Made by a program: the position numbers and the translations under genes | Shown here: piece by piece, positions 11,148 through 25,300 of the stretch | Position numbering within the stretch: the stretch's first letter is position 1 | Layout: each line of letters begins with the position of its first letter | Notes under the pieces: generated by a model | Database searches by the model: none | Seen by the model: the letters and a program-made list of their open reading frames with translations, nothing else | Told to the model about the DNA's origin: nothing | NCBI RefSeq assembly: GCF_021869535.1 | Contig: NW_026262701.1 | Span: 70,556,001-70,620,000 of the forward strand | Direction: 5' to 3' | Source of the DNA: Mytilus californianus | Taxonomy: Eukaryota | Length of the DNA: 64,000 bases

Positions 11148-14100
11148 TAAAATAAAATCCTAGAAATGAACGTTCATTTTTTATATGATTTGAACCAGGT
11201 TATATGTAATATATATAGACAAAAGGAGGTTTTGGGTAAACGTTAATGAGACAGAAATCCAAGGAGACGAATAACCAAAAGACAATATAGAGAACATCCT
11301 ATTCAAAATTCATTCATTTTAGGTAAATAATTGAATCGATACTAAGATTTTTTTTAGATTACTTGATCCGCAGTAGACGAAAAATTGAAACATTGTATAT
11401 AAGCTCTAAAACATGTACGCAACTCTTGGGTACATGATTTTTTAGCTGTTATTGGCTTTCAGAAACTGTGAGTACATCAGATTGGTACATTGTGTCTAAA
11501 GTCTTTTTGTTAGTTTTTTTTGTGCCTTGTGTTGATCTGATGCTGCAAGCCTTTTCAACTGATTTTCATAGTTTGTTCTTATGTTGTGATGTTAACCCAC
11601 TTTCCCAGGTTATACATAGTAGTGAGGGCCGACAAACATGCTTAACCCCGTCACACTCTGTATATGCCTATCCCAAGTCAGGAGCCATTGAGTCAGTTGT
11701 TGTAGTATGTTCCGTATATCATACTTGTGTTTCCTTTATTGTTTTGTTCATTAATCATACCGTTTTTTTTACGTTTGATTTGTAATACATTTGTCATATC
11801 GGGGCCTTTATAGCTTGCTTTGCGTTAATGAATTTGCTCATTGTTGAAATGTGTACGGTGACCTAATGGTTATAGGTGTTAAATTCTACGTCATCTGGTC
11901 TCTGGTCGAAAATTGTCTCATTGATAATCATACCACATATTAATATTATTTTACAATCACCTTATATTTATTCGTTCCACATTGAAACTTTGTTATGGTC
12001 ATTGTTAAAAGCAGTACGTTGACCTAGCATTGCTTACATCCACGTCATTTTGACATTGTTGTCACACTGGAAATCATGCCATATCTCCTTATTCGTCATG
12101 AAACTCTGCTTTATATTTTTGTAGGAAAGAAGTAGGTGTTTCATATACAAGGTCAACATCTAAAAGTTATCAAATCCTATTGGAATTGGAATATTGAAGA
12201 TTCTATAGCATGTACTTAAATTAAAAAAAAAGAATTCGCAAACATGTATTTGCAATAATCAAAATGTCATTCAGCGCTTTATGTTCTTATCGAGGGGATT
12301 TTTTTATAAAGAAAATTGCAAATGTTATGTTGTTTTTTTTTAATTTCACCTCGAAGGACGTAGCTTACCGAAATGAATTCGTATCCATTAGACAACATAT
12401 GGCTGTATTTCTAACATAAAGTTGGTTTTGGGAAAGTATGACCTTTTTGTTTTACAATTTATCGATAATACTAAAAATTGGCTAAAATCTGTCAAAATTG
12501 AGGTTCAGATTATTTTCAGGTGTTTGTAATTTAGTGATTTGGTTACAAATAAACCAAAAGTCGCAGAATGTGAGACTTATGGATTACTATCCGGCGGCGT
12601 AAATAATTTTGCATAACGCTTTATATTTTTATATACTATTATTCAGAAGGAAGAAGACCTTGAGGCTTTATAACTTGTACGCACATGCCTTTATTATATT
12701 GCAAAGTTTCCGTCGGTCATATGTCATTTATTCTTGACCTTATTTTCATTTTACAGCGACTGCTTGAAACAAGTTACTAGGATGACTTTATTTGATATGT
12801 GGAATCCTTGCAAGGTCTACATTTCCGCTGGGCAGGGTTCACCTAACCTCAACCTCCTTTCATGGATCAGTGCTCAAGGTTATCATACGTTTTTATGTTC
12901 AAGTCAGCATCTCAGATACTCTAATATAGCTCAACTATATTTGGTGTATGGAATGATTGTTAGATGTACATAAACTTATCATAGATACCAAGATTGAAAT
13001 GTTGTACGCCGGACGCGTGTTTTGTTTACAAAAGACTTATCAGTGACGCTCGAAAAATAAAAAATAAAAAGGCAGGTTTCTTCTGACTTTAATTTTTTCA
13101 TTGTTCATTGAACTTTACCGGAAGTTGGGAAAGCATTGAGGCTTTTGTCCACCTGAAACAAGAGAGACTTGTGCTAATTGAAATCTTCACCTTTGTCATT
13201 GAGCAAGGCACTTATAGCTTCTAAAAATGGTCACCTGTGCAAAGCTCATTGGACATAACTCTGGGACAAGACCCAGATTTAGCCCTAACGAATTGGGATA
13301 AACGACTTATCACATGCGGGAGCATACTTTCCTGGAGAGGACTCAAGGAGCTGATAATCCTTGACTCTAAATCACTTATACAAGGTAGAGGACCAAAGCC
13401 AACGTGTTTGTTACCGGAATTCTTTCTTAAATGATTATCTGCATCATACTTATTTATGTCAGCAAGATAAAACATGATTTGACACATTAAAGTATTTGTC
13501 ATCCTTGACCATACTGAACGAAACCTAGGCAAGTCATGAAATCAGATGGAGCAAGTACTCGATGAGGTTGAGGAGACAGTGACATCCTAGTACTCTGGAT
13601 GTATGGAAATCACACGACTTTTCAAAGCTTCCCTATGACCAACAATAGGATCACCACCCTCTCCATGGAGAGATAATCAACCTTCTGAAGCAGGTGGAAA
13701 AACTAATGAAATATGGGAATACATGATTTACTCATGTATAACCACTAAGTTTCTCCAAGATTGTGTACTGTAAATAACATGCGACATATTTTTAGAAAAA
13801 TCATTGATTATCGTCCGAAAGTTGGATAAACTGTCTGAAATTAAGTGGCTGGTGGTGCTATAATGGAGGCAAAAAGTCGGAAAGAAAACAAATAATTTCA
13901 ACAGAGAAAACTGACAAATATTACAAAAATATAGAATTTATTACCAAAAAAAAAAAAATGAAATAATATAGTTATGCCCTTGGAAAATCATCTCAGCAAA
14001 TTTTGAAAATATTTTTAGCTAATTTAAAAAATATTTTCCGCCGAATTCATGAATCCTGATCTGTTGTAAAGCGTTTAGCGCGAACTATGAATGCTTGCGA

Positions 14101-14519
14101 AATAGTGGTTGACAGGAAATTCGACGTGTCATATCATATCATATGTATATCAAAATTTGTATTCCAGTAACTAACTAACTAAATATACATGTAGTAGTGA
14201 TGTAGTTTATTTATTTTTATGTATTAGAGAGGGTTAATATTCTATTTTATTAGTTTTCAAACACCATCTGGTATGGAGTATAGTTATTTAATCATTTATT
14301 TTTAATGTAATATATCTTAAAAATTACTGTATAATTAATACTATATATATATGTATATGCTCGGAAACGGGCCCTTTAATTGGATTTAATAAATATTCTT
14401 ATTCTTATTATTATTTTTTCTTATCAACTGCAGTATAACTAATGAAATGTGAGTTGTAAGTTGATAGAACTTGGGGGTTAAAAATTGTGATTTAAAAGAC
14501 TGACTTAGTGAAAAGAAAT

Positions 14520-15372
14520 GCAACGAATGGCCATTGCTCAGATTATAAAAAATGATATCAGCTGAGTATTTCCTCAAGTTGTAAGATATTAATCGAGGAG
14601 GAATCTTAAAAGGGGGTATATGGGAATCTTTATGTCGCATGTGGGAAAAAAATCAATGAAGAAACGAATACTATTTAGTTCACATCTGTTAATTGTCACG
14701 TTTGCTGCAGTCGGCTCTAAATTGTAATACATATTTCTCAGCAAAACCGTATGTTAAGAGTTCAGAAAATGAGAGTAAACGATAAGTACACATGTATCAA
14801 GGAAAAATAGCACTCTCCACACGTCTAGATATTCGAAGAAACAGGTTAATTCGAATCAGATAATTGTCACTAGAAATTAGGCTTAACGTTAAAACACATC
14901 GTTTCTTCTGCTAAACGATATATATAAAAATTGTATCGCGAAAACAGCAACTCTTCGATAGGCTGAATATTTCATAACACGTAAACTTTATTCATATAAA
15001 TTAATATTCAATTATGGTCCCAAGTTCACAGTTAAAGTACATCTGTTGTTTGGTAAAAGAACATACATTCAAGTTCGATTATATCCACATATATTTAATG
15101 ACTCAGATATCACTAGACAATGTCAAAGACGTCTGTGCTTTCCGAATCGTGTCCTTGAACATTCGAATATAACGGCAATACCTGTCCGATATCCACCGAC
15201 CAAGTGTTTTGATAAGATAGTCCTGAACATTCGCAGATCCTGCCGAAGTACTGGCACCAATTCTAAAGGTATTACCATTATAAAAGATAGAGTTTTACCC
15301 TTGGTTACACAAGAACAGCAATGCTTGCGAAAACTGTCATGTATTTCTTTAGAAAGTGTAAAGACTGGCTAA
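14520..15372 (-). mobile_element. DIRS/Ngaro-type tyrosine-recombinase retrotransposon relic
   Basis: Minus strand 15282-15103 translates YNGNTFRIGASTSAGSANVQDYLIKTLGRWISDRYCRYIRMFKDTIRKAQ.., matching the YR C-terminal HSFRIGAAT..LGRW.S..Y..YIR pattern. Stops occur upstream. The 14520 boundary is approximate. Confidence 0.75.
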
Positions 15373-15640
15373 GGGAAACAATAATTGATAAATATCATTT
15401 TTTATAATGGTCTTCCATATGAATATTGTAACATAAAAAACTCGAAAAATTCGAGTTTTAACATTCAAATCACGATATTATTAAGAATCAATAAAGAAAA
15501 CAAAACAAAACATAAAAAAAAACAATGTAGCGCGGATCTATCTTTAGAACGACTGACTTTGAGTTATCAAAAGAATAATAATTATAGGTCTTTGCTTTTA
15601 ATTAATTTAATAATTATTTTGCTTTGTGCACTGTTTTTTC

Positions 15641-16074
15641 CTGTACATATTGCTTTCTATACACACATTAGAGGGCTAGTTAATGTCCATGATAATGAAG
15701 TCATACACTTCCAAGATATCAACTTAAACCTTGAAAGTGCGTACAATAGAAACACAAGCGTGTTCGAAAGTCCAACACAAGCTTATTATGGGTTCGTGTA
15801 CATTTTTTACTTTTTCACAAAAGACTATCCAGGCTCAGATAGTAAAAAATGGCGTTAGCATCCAAAATGTTCATACAGGAACTAGAGCAACTGCTGGACT
15901 TGGCCCTGGATATAATTTGGTGAGCATTTATCTGAAGCCAGGAGATAAAAGTATGGGTCAAAGTCATCCTTGTATCAATGATGAATTTATTCACGACCAG
16001 CATCATGGAACCAAGTATGTTCCAAATAGTTCGTAGTGCAAACTTGCTGTTTTCTTCTTTATCCTGTAAACTAG
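15641..16074 (+). pseudogene. Orphan C1q-domain exon (frameshifted, acceptor AG lost)
   Basis: PVHIAFYTHIRGLVNVHDNEVIHFQDINLNLESAYNRNTSVFESPT.. / IVKNGVSIQNVHTGTRATAG.. Preceded by intron sequence homologous to A/B (GAACGACTGACT..GAGTTATCAAAAGAATAATAA). Confidence 0.85.
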
Positions 16075-17187
16075 TTTAATAAATCATAGATATCGATATC
16101 TTGTTAGTTTGTATAGTCAACAGCATGCAGGTGAATTAAATAGTGGTTTATGCAAAAAGTGTCATTTTCCGAATTAAAGGCGAGAGGGTTGCAAAAATTT
16201 CTCTTTTTTTAAGGTAAAAAAAAACCCAACATCTTTTACCTAGATTGACTAACTTTTTGTAGCAACCTGGGCATAGCTGATGGCCTGCACGTCCCTGATG
16301 GTATCAATCATATGTAGTCAGTGTTCAAGCATTGGTAAAGATTGATAAAGTGCATTTAATTTAAGACATTTGCAACACATAAATTTGGCAAATTTTAAAA
16401 AATTAGTCAATTTTAACTCCCCACGGAAAGCGTAAGAGGAGGCGAAGGGGGTTATCAAAAATCCCAAACTAAAGGACTGAATCTACACCAAAGTTTTAAA
16501 GGAAAAATCCAAACCAGTTGCGCCAAAACAATATATATATAATAATAAACATTGAAATAGAATTAGAACATGCGACAAATATGTGAAATTGTAACCCTTA
16601 CAAAATTCAAGATATTCTGAAAAAAAATTAAATATCGAAAGTGCTCTATTTCAATATTATTTATTCTGCTCGTGAAACATGAAAAGTATCCAACCTTATA
16701 TGTGATTCAAAACTATAGCCAGGGGCAGGGTTCTCACTAGATACTTAAAGGTGAGTCCAGAAATTGAGAATTTAAATGGGGAGTCCAAGCTTATTCTGCA
16801 TGGTACTAATCAGTTCTAATCAATTTTTATCATTTGGTTCAAAATTTAAAACCTGGTAAACTACTGTTGCCCTTATTAAACAAGATGTTTCTTAGATTTT
16901 GCTTTTAATATGCTACATGTTGATAAAATCAACAACAATTAGAGATTGACCCATTACTAGTAATTACATTTTAGAAATATTTTGCACACAAGTGATGCGA
17001 TTGGAAAAAAAGTCTCATTCAATCGCTACTTATCCTGCCGCATTTTTCGTATCAATAAAAATACTCAAAACTTTTCTGCATTTACATAATTTGTATTCTT
17101 TTCACGTGCTCCATTACTTCATGCTTTTCCACTTAGTTATTTGTTTCACCAAAAGCCCACCTATTAAGGTTTTACACACTGCATAAG

Positions 17188-17566
17188 TGTGTCTTTCTAT
17201 GTTGTGATGTTACACTATTGTTTCAGAAAAAGGGTGAAGGTTTGGTACCATTAAAACGTTTAAACCCGCTGCATTTGTTTGCACCTGTCCTAAGTCAGGA
17301 ATCTGATGTTCAGTAGTTGTCGTTTGTTGATGTGATTCATAAGTGTCTCTCGTTTCTCGTTTTTTATATAGATTAGACCGTTGGTTTTCCCGTTTGAATG
17401 GTTTTACACTAGTAATTTTTTGGGGCCCTTTATAGCTTACTGTTCGGTGTGAGCCAAGGCTCCGTGTTGAAGACCGTACTGTGACCTATAATGGTTTACT
17501 TTTATAAATTTTTACTTGGATGGAGAGTTGTCTCATTGGCACTCATACCACATCTTCTTCTATCTA
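17188..17566 (+). mobile_element. High-copy dispersed non-autonomous repeat (family A); further copies near 5950-6240, 8560-8810, 11570-11950, 25245-25440(-), 27305-27382(-), 32300-32590, 33650-33990, 34170-34470, 40095-40355, 43020-43335, 45985-46165
   Basis: Recurrent CC(C/T)AAGTCAGGA..GTTGTCGTTTGTT..GGGGCC(C/T)TTTATAGC..GTTGTCTCATTGGCA.TCATACCACATCT blocks. Confidence 0.75.
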
Positions 17567-19358
17567 TAAACATATTGAAATGCATCTGAATATCTTTATT
17601 AGGGATGCATAAACATTTAACGAAATCTTACCAAAGAATCACCCATTACGTAGTATGGACCAATATGTTTAAATAATGTCATATTGTAATATTCTCTTTG
17701 AAAGCTCATTTAATGGAAATAAAACATCTTCTGCTATACCAGTAAATGATCACCATTTATATTTACCTAAAATATCAATGTTGTCCTGAACACAATCTAA
17801 AATTTTCAAACATTCAGTCTGTATACACATTACGCTTTACGTTGCAGTCAAGTCTGATTTGGTCAATAATTTTTATGGGACTTAGTTTCAAGTCTTTTGC
17901 TCAGGTCAAAGAGTAGCAACTAACAATTTGAATATAGCATGAACCGTTCGGAATGACAGAGATCATATCTACTCAGGACTAAATTTGTCGCGAGTGGGGA
18001 ATATATAAATATGTGAAGATTCATTAACGTCTGCACATAATTCATCTTTGGTGTGTTTCGTGTTGCTCAGTCTTTAGTTTTTCTGTGTGCTGTGTTTTGT
18101 GTGCTGTTGTTTGTGTTTTCGCCGTTTTTTGTTTTTTGCAATGACATTGTGAGTTTGTTTTCGACTTGTGAGTTTAAATGTCACTTTAGTGTCTTTCGAC
18201 TCTTTTTATATCAAAGTGTTTAAGGATGGTTCAGTTCTACACTTCCATTTCAAGTGAACATTTTTGTTAACTGTGTAATGCTCGAGGTGTGATCAATAAA
18301 GTTGAAGATGAATACACGTTCGCTCGGTATTGAAAATTCTTACTGTGAAGGTAATTTAAAGGAATGATTGAAACAATTACAACAAGGACTTCAACAAATT
18401 AAGGTGCAATTTATCATGAATTGATTACTCCTCATATGCTTTTTTTTCAATCACAGATGAAGTTACCATTTTTAAAGAAGTATTTACAAAAATACCGAAC
18501 ACAAATGAAAATTCAAAAAGAGGAAAGACAATTCTATTGCTAGCTAAACCTCCCACTTGTATGACAGTTGTTTATTGTTCCATTATATTGCCAAAATTGG
18601 GTGCGCAACCCACACAAATATAATTGGGATCCAATTAAATATAATTGAATTATTGAGTTGGAGCCTGAAGGCGTCTTGGTGTTACTGTACTGTAAGTTAT
18701 AATAACTTTTGCTTAATTTTGAATACTTTTCATGTTAAGATCAAGAACAGTAATCTGAGCGTTTTCGAAAGTAGAGCTTAAATAATCCATATGTGCTTGT
18801 ATTTGGTATGAGACTAATTCATCAACCATCCTATTGTCCATACGTCTCTTAATTCGCAAAGAAGGATAAAACCCAAAGTAGCGCTTGCTTACATCACATA
18901 GAAATCATGTGTTTCAACGTGGGACTCATCAAAGTAGTACGCATGAAATTTTGAGTATAAACGTTTTTGCGGCAATATTTAGAATTGAATTATTTTTCCT
19001 ATTTGGTAATGAATCGATAGAAAAAAGTCATTTTATTGTAAAGAACTTACTGTTCTATACGATGAGCATCATCACAATACTCGTAAGATTTTTTCAAAAA
19101 TCGCATTTTTAACATTAAATCCAACAGGAGGACTATCTAGTGGTGTGCCTCTATAAAACTTACTGTGGCTCCTTTACAACAACGTGCGAGAAATCTTTAG
19201 CAATGACATGCAAGTACATGACACTTGTTAGTGCCAAACATATCCTTATCAAAAAATTCGAAAGTTCGAAAGAACTGATCTTTGTGGCAGATATATTTCA
19301 ATATTTATGAAATCAAAATAGGTTATGTCGTAATTCTTTTATTTATACTATTTTGCAG

Positions 19359-22300
19359 GTCCGTCGGAAATGATAAATTGCTTGAAAGAATGAATAAACT
19401 TGAAACACTTATGATGGACCTTATGAATGATAATGAGATGCTCAAAGAAAAGGTGTCATCCCTACAAACTGAAAACGAAGAATTTAAAAACACGATTAGT
19501 TTTCTAAAGAATGACAATGAAGTATTCAAGAAGATTGCGAATGTTTATTACAGTGATGCCAAACATGGAAACGAAACTTTTCATAACAAGCGAATAACTA
19601 TTTCCAATCGTAAGTTTTCCTTTTTCGTTTTTACTGTAGAGATACGTTCAATTTATAAGAAACTCAAACATAGGGCAAAATAAACGTTTAATTGAATATT
19701 CATACATGAACATGTATAATCTTTTACTGCAGACAAAGTTTTTGTGGATTAAATCTTAAAACAGTTGCGTTAAAAAATACAAATCATTTACACACCAGTC
19801 GAAGAAATGTGTTCCTGCTTCCATATCAAAATACTGTGGATTCATTTATTGTCGTGGTTTCTACTTCTAGTAGACTGAGGAAAAAATAAATTTTCGTTGA
19901 TTGATGGAAACATGAATTTTCGTGGATTGAGTAAAACATGAATTTTCTTGGATTGAGGATAGAATCAATTTTCTTGGATTGAGGAAAACACAATTTTTCG
20001 TGGATTGAGGAAAACATGAATTTTCGTGGATTGAGGAAAAAATGAATGTTCGTGCATATTTGAATTGAAGTCCGAGTTCAAGACTATAAGATTTTTTTAT
20101 ATTTCGGTGAACATTTAAATTCGTGGTTTACCTATACCCAATCAATCAATGAAAATTAGTATCCCACGAATACAAATGAATCCACAGTAAAAGAAAAACC
20201 ATTTATATTCACAGAGGTGTTTATTCATGATAAAAAAATTTAAACGATGCATATTTCTAAGTAGTATTCGTATGAATAAGATAGATTCATGAACATATTC
20301 CTGAATCATTTGCTACTAATTTCATTTTGTACACATCAGTTCATCATTGTTACTTTTATTAAATTGAACTTCCATTCTGCCCAAGCGGTAGTAGATTAAA
20401 TTTCTAAGTTATCTAAATTTACGTAATCATCAGTAGCTATCGTTTCTAATCGGCCATTATCATGGCATTACGCATGTAATAAGTTTGAAGGAGAGTAGTT
20501 CGTATTTGGCCGAGGTTTGCCGTTTGTGCCGGTTTCCCCTTCAAAACGAAGGTACAAAAAGAAAAAAGAATATGATAACCAATCTTCAATTAATTGACTA
20601 GAGGCTACGATATCAATTTTAATCATTTGAATAGGTGTTAAGGATTAGTCCCGCAAAAGCTTTTAAATTCAAAATTAAGCTTTTATACTTCCGGTTGTTT
20701 TGTAAAAATCATAAAAAATGCATAGGAATAGAACAAAACCACAACTAAAATTCCTTATGGAAACATATAAACAAAAGTTGAATATGTTTTAGGGGAAAGT
20801 GGGGTAACTCGCCATAAGGGGTATCTCGCCACCTTTTACATCTCTGTCATTCATTAATATTTAAGTTGTCTCTCTTTGTATAAAGTTGATTACGTCTGAA
20901 CGTTACAACATCCGTCATTTACGTCATCGCGTCTTTGTCTTCATCAAGCTCATTTGAGTCAAGATATTTGAAAAAGAAACTTTCACAGGTAAGTGCATTT
21001 TATTCTTTGGAAAAATAGTAAGACAGAAAAATGCTCCACATTTCAGCATATTGTGTGGTGAAATAATGTAGTAAACTTTATGCAACCGTGGTCATGATTT
21101 GCTGAAAGCTCCGCCATTTTTGTGACTTGTAACGTCATGGTGTAATGGAAATCAATTATTTCATTGAGAACCAAATGTTTTGCGTACGTAAAGACGTAAA
21201 ATAACTTCTATGTGATCAAATCAATGACAAGCGAAGTCTTCGACATCTACATTATATGATTTTAAGCCCCAGGTGTGCCATTTCATATCGATGAATACAG
21301 AAAACGTGCAAATACGAAAGGTGACGAGTTACCCCATGTGGATCGGGTAATTCACCACAGCAATATTCGTGTGTGTAATCAACTAGTTGACATCAAAGTG
21401 AATGCCCAAGGTTTCCAAAATGACTGATAAAAGTATATGTCTTTGATTTCATTATTCTTTATTTCATAATAAGATGTATTAAAAGTATAACAGTTATTAA
21501 CACATATTTTACATGCAGAATATGTCGGCAAGTACGTGTAGATCTACTATAAATATACTGTCTGATCAATTTAGTTTTTTGTTGATTTTTTATTGGTTTT
21601 TTTTGTCCAATCTTGTCGGTTTGTAGTGGGTTTTTTTTTACGGAGAACCTGTAGATAAATGTGGCAATTAAAAACATAAACACACAGGGGTGTTGCAACA
21701 AAGCCCCTGCTTTTGACAATAATTTACAAAAAAAAAACAATACAAAATCAACAAAATCTAAATTGAACAGATAGTATATTTATAAATCATACACAGTTGA
21801 ACCGATATTTACATTGTATTCAAAACTAGTGACTCATTCAAGTAATTGGAAATTCCTGAGTTATTCTTCAATATAATTAATTTTTATAACCATCTTTTAT
21901 TCAGGTTGATTTGCACATGAACACAGACAGTATGGCATCAATTTACGACCTGGCTGACAAACTTCGGAATATTAAAGACATAACTTGTAAGTAATAAAAA
22001 ATGAAGAATTAAAATATTTCTCATAATGTTGCCATGTTATCCACTGCTTGAGAACCTGTAAATTATTGAACTCGACGCATGTGTCGTCATCTCAAAGTTA
22101 TATTTTACTGATTTTACCCTCTTTAAATAAAGTATTAATTATTATTATTATTATATTCAACAAATTATACACATGTATGTTGAAAAGTATTACCTTTGTA
22201 TTCACGTTTGTCGTTACGAAATTTGGTTAATTTAGATAATTTAGAATCTTGCCAAAGCTGTTTCCAAATTTTCAAAATTAAATAACTCGATTTAATAAAA

Positions 22301-25300
22301 AAAAACCTGTTATCATCTCTTTATCATGGTAAAAACTATAAATGTGCATACATTTACACAGATTATATTATCATGAAAACTATAAATGTGCATACATTTA
22401 AACAGATTATATTACAGACTATCAGAAGGCCTATTGATCCTTTTAAATATAAATAAGCCTTAAGAATAAAAGAACAGTAATATTGTTTTACACGTAAATT
22501 ATGTTAAAATATACAATAGATATTAAATAACTCTTTACTAGTAAATAAATTGTAGGTTTTTATTGATCTATTCTTTTTTTCTTTCAGAAAATACATATGG
22601 CAAGAAAAAAGAAAGGCTTGACATCAAAACAGGGACAATGGAGTATGGCAGCCATGGAAAATGCAATTTTGGCAGTGAGAGGAGGAATGGCAAAAAGAAG
22701 GCATCGGTTTTATATAATGTTCCAAGGTCGACGCTTAGAGGGAGACTAAATATGAAAGACACTGCAGCACACCCAACAAAACCACCAATCTTGAACAGAA
22801 ACCAAGAAAATATTTTAGTCGGCTATATCTTGAAAATGGAAGAACGGGGTTTGGGGCTGACAGTGATTGACATTAGGAAACTAGCATACCAGATAGCAAA
22901 CAAACTTGGGATACATGGCTTCAGTGAAGAGAAGAAGTCCGCTGGATATGATTGGTGGATAAGCTATTCTGAAAGACATCCAATTTTGTCGGTTAGGAAG
23001 CCAGAAGGATTGAGTGCAGCGAGATCATCTATTGTTGCTAATTATTTTGAAAAACTAGGATCCGTTATGGAATCTTTAGGTGTTAAAGACAAACCACAAC
23101 AACTATTTAATGCAGATGAATCGGGAATTAGCACCGTACACAACCCAGAAAAGATTGTCGGGAATAGAGGGAAAAGAGGGATATATGCAAAAACAAGCGG
23201 AGAAAGGGGTGAAAATGTAACAGTACTCTGTTGTGTCAATGCTGAGGCACGGGTTTTACCGCCTATAATAATCTTTAAAGGGCAGCGGGTAAGTGAAGCT
23301 CTGAAAGTAAACGCACCACCTGGATCAGAATTTGGATGTAGCAAATCCTCATTTATAGACAGTGATCTATTTGACAAGTGGTTCATTAACATCTTCTTGA
23401 AAAAATTGCCACCAGCCAGACCCGTTCTTTTGATACTTGATGGTCATGCATCACACCTGAATTTTGATACTTTAGAGAAAGCAAAACAGAACAAGATTGA
23501 AATGTTTTGTCTCCCCCCACATACTACACACTGGCTACAGCCTTTAGACAGATCTATTTTCGGACCAATGAAGACAAGTTACAACAAACAATGTCAGAAA
23601 TTTATGAGAGACAATCAAGTAGACAAGTAACAAGGTATGACTTTTGTGGACTATTTAATACCGCATTTCAGTCTTCAATGAATATGGTTAACATTTTTAG
23701 CGGTTTTCGTTCTACTGGAATTTATCCCTTTAATCAAAGAGTCATACCAGCAGAAGCGTATGGACCGTTTTTAACATCTGTACTAGATACCAAGTCACCA
23801 CAAACGGAGGACATACCAGAAAATGAAAATACAGACCGTAGTACACCTATGGTTGAAATGCCACAATCTACCCCAAATGAAATTGCAGAAACACAGACAA
23901 ACACCATCGCTGTCGTCGCTGATGTTCATGCAGTACCCGATCGTCCAACATATCCGATGATCGACGCTATTAGAAACCAACCAGAAATGACAGTAAATAC
24001 AGTTACGTATACTAACTCTGAACGGGAGAATTTTGATGAAATTTTAGTAATTCCCGAAGTTAAGAAAAATCAACCAAAGAAAAAAACTAAAAGAATAACA
24101 ACAGCAAGGCTGTTAACTGACAAGATCTACCTCATAGAAATGAAAGAGAAAATAAAAATGAAGAAACAGAAAGAAACAGAAAAGGAAGAAAAAAGACGCA
24201 ATCGGGATGAGAAGAGAAAAAAAAAACTAATTAATTTGCTAACAAAGCCAAAAAGTTCTGAACGAACAACGAAGAAGACAACTATTGCAAAAAAATCTTA
24301 AAAAGGCACCTCTTGAAAAAAAAGCAGTGATGACAAAGATAACGAAAAAGATAATAGCTTATATTGTGCATTTTGTGACGGTTACTGTTTTGACGACAAC
24401 AGTGATGATGAGGACTGGGTCAAATGTACAAAATGCCAAGACTGGTATCACGAATCCTGTACTGGAAAATTTGGAAGTAATTTGAGACAATTCAAGTGTA
24501 GAAAGCCCTAAACCAAACTGTACCAACCGAGAGTAACAATCGTTTTTCATAATAAAAAACCATGGCTTTATTTGATTGATTGCAGTTTAACAATACAAAG
24601 GAGTAGGTCCGGTAAGGGCTGATTTTGACCCCAAATTTCAGGTTCATCTGATGAAAGATTTTGGACACTTTTTAAACACTTAAGTGTCTACTTTAGTAGA
24701 ATCAATTTATTTATGTGAAAGATTTGAACTGATTTAGTCATTAAAAACGCTCATATTCAAGCTTAAATGTTATAAATCTATCAAATATGCCATAATATGT
24801 CACTTTTCAGATGGTTTTTGTCAAAAATGAAAGTGGCCGCATCCGTGTTCATCCTCAACCTTTATATATGTTATGTATTATCATCAAATACAACTTACAT
24901 TTAAATATAAAGAATGAACACAAATGCGGCCACGTCCATTTAAGACGGAAACCATCTAAAATTAACTCAAATGCTAAAATTATGAAGATTTCAGTAATTT
25001 AGCATGACTTAATGATGCTAGTACCCGATAAATATGCATTGTATTATCAAAAACAGCCCATATGTATGTGACAGAAGTATTCTACTTTCAAATGAATAGC
25101 TAAAAGTTTACATTTTAACAGTTTTGTAAAACTGCTATATTTTGGGGCCAAAAAGGGGTCTTACTGAACCTACTCCTTTCAATGACATATTGAGAAGAAT
25201 TTCATTTACAATATACCTATAAATATCCTTAAATTATTTTAAATGAAAAAAATGACAAATAAAATAATTCAAACGAGAAAACGAACGGCCTAATTTATGT

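Noticed and set aside
12972-13060. Hammerhead copies at 13006, 54523, 55066, 59025, 60126 and 62140 as active ribozymes
   Set aside because: Each has substitutions or deletions in CUGANGA and/or GAAA.
15046-15372. 108-aa + strand ORF
   Set aside because: It is the antisense shadow of the tyrosine-recombinase relic.
22563-23630. ORF-track N-terminus (MIYSFF..MEYGSHGK) of the transposase
   Set aside because: Wrong frame upstream of a 1-nt deletion near 22693; the real start is ATG 22597.
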